From Rhodothermales bacterium (GTDB lineage Bacteria; Bacteroidota; Rhodothermia; Rhodothermales; Bin80), in the NCBI GenBank assembly GCA_951812585.1, contig OX638318.1:1794380-1858379 (forward strand): DNA of 64,000 nucleotides, in the 5' to 3' direction. Shown here piece by piece: positions 61,035-64,000 of the stretch. Positions within the stretch are counted from its first letter, which is position 1; each line of letters begins with the position of its first letter. The position numbers and the translations under genes are program-made. A model generated the notes under the pieces. It saw nothing but the letters and a program-made list of their open reading frames with translations. It did not search any database and had not been told where the DNA came from.

Positions 61035-62150
61035 ATGTCGCGTCTTTGCCTTTTGGCAGTCCTCTTGGCAGTCCTTTTGGCCGCTTGCAATGATCCTGCC
61101 TCCGACTTGGGTTCTGACCTTTTGGGGGGTGGCTTAGAGCCTGATGTCTGGTTCACGGCACCGAATTCATTCGATACGATGCCGTTTGCGGACATTACCG
61201 GGCAGGCGCCGCGCGTGTTGGCGGGGGCGGTGGATGATCCGCTCTTCGGTTCCGTGACCGCGACTGGCTACATAGACTTTGACACCGGATTCGATGGCAC
61301 CGCACCCGCTCTGGTTGGCGCAGCCGTGCGCCTTAGGCGCACGTATGTGTACGGAGATACGATGAGCATGGTGACGTTGGCGGTGCATGACATCCTGGAG
61401 CAGTGGGACCCTACGGGCGTCAAGGCCGATTCGGCTTTGGTGCTGGGGCCAGAGATCATCACGCACACCTTTCTCAGCACAGATTCGGTGGTGCTCATTC
61501 CCATGCCGACGGCCTGGGTGAGCATGTATGAAGACACACTGCGGAGCAGCGGCGTGGATTCGCTCTTTCATGGCCTGGCCTTTGCTCCGGTGGATGGTCA
61601 ATCGGTCGTGGGCTTCATCAATAGCGGAACGGTGCTGGAAGTGTACAGCGCAGATGACACGACGGCGTTCAACTTTCAGCGGTCGCTGACTACGACTACG
61701 CGCATGACGGAGCCTATGCTGCCGGAAGCGCGCGCAGCCATGCAGGACGGGACGGGGCCGGGGGTGCGCGTCACCTTCGACCTGGATTCCTTGGCCACTC
61801 AGCCGATCAACGGCGCGGCGTTCCTTATCCACGCAGACACGGTGGCTTTCCAGGATACGCCCATGGACTTTGTTCGGCCGATGGTTGAAGAGCTTCAGCT
61901 GGTGGCTGTCAGAAATGAGGACGATCCTGCCCTTCTGGTGGGACAGACACGGATAACAGATGAAGGCATCTTCAGCTTCAGCGGCAGCGAAATGGCCACG
62001 TTCTTCTACCGCATTCTGTTTGGGCTGGAGGAGTACGAGTACCTGGAGCTGCGGGTGCCAGTCCTGGACAACACCCTCAACGGCTTGTTGCTGCACGATG
62101 TCGACAGTCCAGATGCGCCGCCGGAGCTGCGCCTCATCCTGAGCAGCTGA
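61035..62150 (+). CDS. outer-membrane lipoprotein, DUF4270-like
   Basis: Lipobox LLAAC, LAGAVDDPLFG; Bacteroidota gene order after the glycogen synthase-like gene. Confidence 0.6.
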   Translation: MSRLCLLAVLLAVLLAACNDPASDLGSDLLGGGLEPDVWFTAPNSFDTMPFADITGQAPRVLAGAVDDPLFGSVTATGYIDFDTGFDGTAPALVGAAVRLRRTYVYGDTMSMVTLAVHDILEQWDPTGVKADSALVLGPEIITHTFLSTDSVVLIPMPTAWVSMYEDTLRSSGVDSLFHGLAFAPVDGQSVVGFINSGTVLEVYSADDTTAFNFQRSLTTTTRMTEPMLPEARAAMQDGTGPGVRVTFDLDSLATQPINGAAFLIHADTVAFQDTPMDFVRPMVEELQLVAVRNEDDPALLVGQTRITDEGIFSFSGSEMATFFYRILFGLEEYEYLELRVPVLDNTLNGLLLHDVDSPDAPPELRLILSS

Positions 62151-63433
62151 TGAAGCAGAGATGGTTCCATGCCGGGGTGCTGGTGCTGCTCTTAAGCAGC
62201 GCGCCTGCGGCGGGTCAGGGACGCGATGATGGCTCGCTGTACTCGCGATACGGACTGGGCGAATTGCGCTCATTCGCCTCGTCCCGCGCCCAGGCCATGG
62301 GCGGCGGCGGCACGGCGTTGTGGTCGCTGAACTACGCCAACTACGCCAACCCGGCCACGCTGAGTCGACAGTTTCTGGTGCGCGCATCTGCGGGCATGCG
62401 CTTCGACAACATCACCACCATCGATGGGATAGGCGCCGACAAGACGCTGCTGGCGGGCTCGTTCAGCGCAGTGCAGTTCGGCCTGCCCGTGTTGGCAAAC
62501 AGGTTGGGGCTGGGATTCGCGTTTGAGCCCTATTCGCGTGTCAACTACAGGGTTACGACCGATGGCGCGCTTGATTTTGATCCCACCCGTGCCACCACGG
62601 CGTTCAGAGTGGTGACGCAAGGCTCGGGCGGGCTGCAGCAGCTCCGGCTGGGCCTTGGCCTGCGGCTCGCGTCCCTTCTCAGCATCGGCGCCAGCATGGA
62701 CTACCTCTTTGGTGTTACGCAGCAGTCTCGGCGAACGTCGTTTGACTCGGTGAACCTGATTACCTCCAACGTCGCGCATTCGACGCGCATGCGGGGTGTG
62801 ACGACCACGGTGGGCACTATCGTGAGCTTTTCCGCTGGCGAGGACCGGGAGATTTCGATCGGGGGCACGGCGACGCTGCCGGCGACGCTTTCAGCCGAGC
62901 GTACGCACACCCTCGGTGAAAGCCTTGACCTGGACACCCTGGGCGCGGTCAGCAAGGGTGATATTTCACTGCCGGTGCGTACGGCTGCCGGCATAGCCTT
63001 TTCCTCCCACAGCCGCTGGGCTTTCACGGCCGATATGCGCTTTGAGCCGTGGACCGAGTTTCACAGCGCACTGGATTTGCCGGGGTATGATCGGAGCGCG
63101 ATGCGGAACCGCAGACGCATCTCGGCGGGTGTGGAGCTGTTGCCCGCGGGAAGCAGCGTGACGGAAACGTATCTGGCGCGGACCGCCTACCGGCTGGGAT
63201 TTTACCGCGATGTGGCGTACATCAGCCCCGTGCCCAGTGTGGACATCACAATCCAAGCAGTCACGGCGGGCGTCAGCCTACCGACTCTTTTCGGTGGCAC
63301 GCGCCTGGACATCAATGTGCAGGTGGGACGCCGTGGCAGAACGTCTGGGATCTTGGTACGAGATCGGTTTGTTACGCTCTCCGCTACGCTTAACGTCGGA
63401 GAGCGTTGGTTCCTCAAGCGGAGGCTCGGATAG
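62150..63433 (+). CDS. outer-membrane beta-barrel (FadL/PorV-like family)
   Basis: Signal peptide, SLYSRYGLGEL, AMGG, NPA, GSGGL, alternating beta-strands, C-terminal ERWF. Confidence 0.72.
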   Translation: MKQRWFHAGVLVLLLSSAPAAGQGRDDGSLYSRYGLGELRSFASSRAQAMGGGGTALWSLNYANYANPATLSRQFLVRASAGMRFDNITTIDGIGADKTLLAGSFSAVQFGLPVLANRLGLGFAFEPYSRVNYRVTTDGALDFDPTRATTAFRVVTQGSGGLQQLRLGLGLRLASLLSIGASMDYLFGVTQQSRRTSFDSVNLITSNVAHSTRMRGVTTTVGTIVSFSAGEDREISIGGTATLPATLSAERTHTLGESLDLDTLGAVSKGDISLPVRTAAGIAFSSHSRWAFTADMRFEPWTEFHSALDLPGYDRSAMRNRRRISAGVELLPAGSSVTETYLARTAYRLGFYRDVAYISPVPSVDITIQAVTAGVSLPTLFGGTRLDINVQVGRRGRTSGILVRDRFVTLSATLNVGERWFLKRRLG

Positions 63434-63482
63434 ACTGCGACTATTTTCATAAATTACCCAGGCTTACCATCGCCTACGCCCC

Positions 63483-64000
63483 ATGTACCGTTCAGGCTTC
63501 TTTCTGGCAGCAGCGTTCGTCGTGCTTTCTGCACCCATGGTTGTCCGCGCCCAGTCGGGCCAGGAGCTCGACCCGGAATCGCTCACGCAATACAGTCTCT
63601 ATTACGAGAACTACAAAGCCAAGAACTACTTGGACGCGCTGCCTTATCTGCACTGGATTCTGCAGAACGATCCGGCCTTTCCGCGCAACAAGGACCAGAA
63701 CTTTGAGCGCGGCGTGGAGATCTACGCCGCGCTGGCAGAGGCGGAATCGGATCCGGCCAAGAAGCGCGTACTGCTAGACAGCGCGCTGGCCATCTTGGAT
63801 CGCGCGGTGCCGGTGATGCAGGCCGTGGGTGGCGAAATAGACGAGTTTGAGTGGACGCTGAAGAAGGGACGCTTCATACAGGCGCGTATTGATCAACTGT
63901 CCGACATCAAGAGCGAGGCCATTGACGCATACTGGGCATGTTACCGGATGAAACCGGCGGAGCTTGACCCTTACTACCTCGATGTACTGGTTGGTGATCT
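63483..64000 (+). CDS. TPR-like secreted protein, truncated by window edge
   Basis: Manual translation MYRSGFFLAAAFVVLSAPMVVRAQ...SLYYENYKAKNYLDALPYLHWIL...; open to 64000; not in the ORF track. Confidence 0.78.
   Translation, partial: MYRSGFFLAAAFVVLSAPMVVRAQSGQELDPESLTQYSLYYENYKAKNYLDALPYLHWILQNDPAFPRNKDQNFERGVEIYAALAEAESDPAKKRVLLDSALAILDRAVPVMQAVGGEIDEFEWTLKKGRFIQARIDQLSDIKSEAIDAYWACYRMKPAELDPYYLDVLVGD

Overview
High-GC bacterial chromosome segment, most likely Rhodothermota. This is inferred from T9SS type-A C-terminal sorting domains, a YcfD/RoxA hydroxylase, a fused LysC-LysA, a split atp operon with signal-peptide subunit a, and Bacteroidota-like gene order. The LRR and Sel1 content suggests a host-associated, possibly sponge, symbiont. 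Most of the window is housekeeping or metabolic: thyA, ribBA, yajC, ffs, priA, atp genes, two tRNA-Ser, TRAP transporter, gluQ, msrA, nagB, and PVC-type DUF1501/DUF1549 and dehydrogenase genes. Two things stand out. (1) At the left edge, missed by the ORF track, a minus-strand gene (<1..869) encodes a MamK-family actin with no other magnetosome gene in view, downstream of a peptidoglycan amidase. (2) An accessory island at about 26.4-38.2 kb holds two T9SS-secreted plant-type LRR genes in tandemly duplicated cassettes. These sit between the two terminal inverted repeats of a gutted ISNCY/IS5-like element (26443..34009, flanked by AAAT), so they look like the cargo of a non-autonomous transposon. 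Their 72-bp LRR modules are shuffled and vary mainly on the binding face. An IS66 remnant, an orphan membrane protein, two Sel1 proteins and a WYL regulator follow. All calls come from manual reading and motif recall; no database searches were run.
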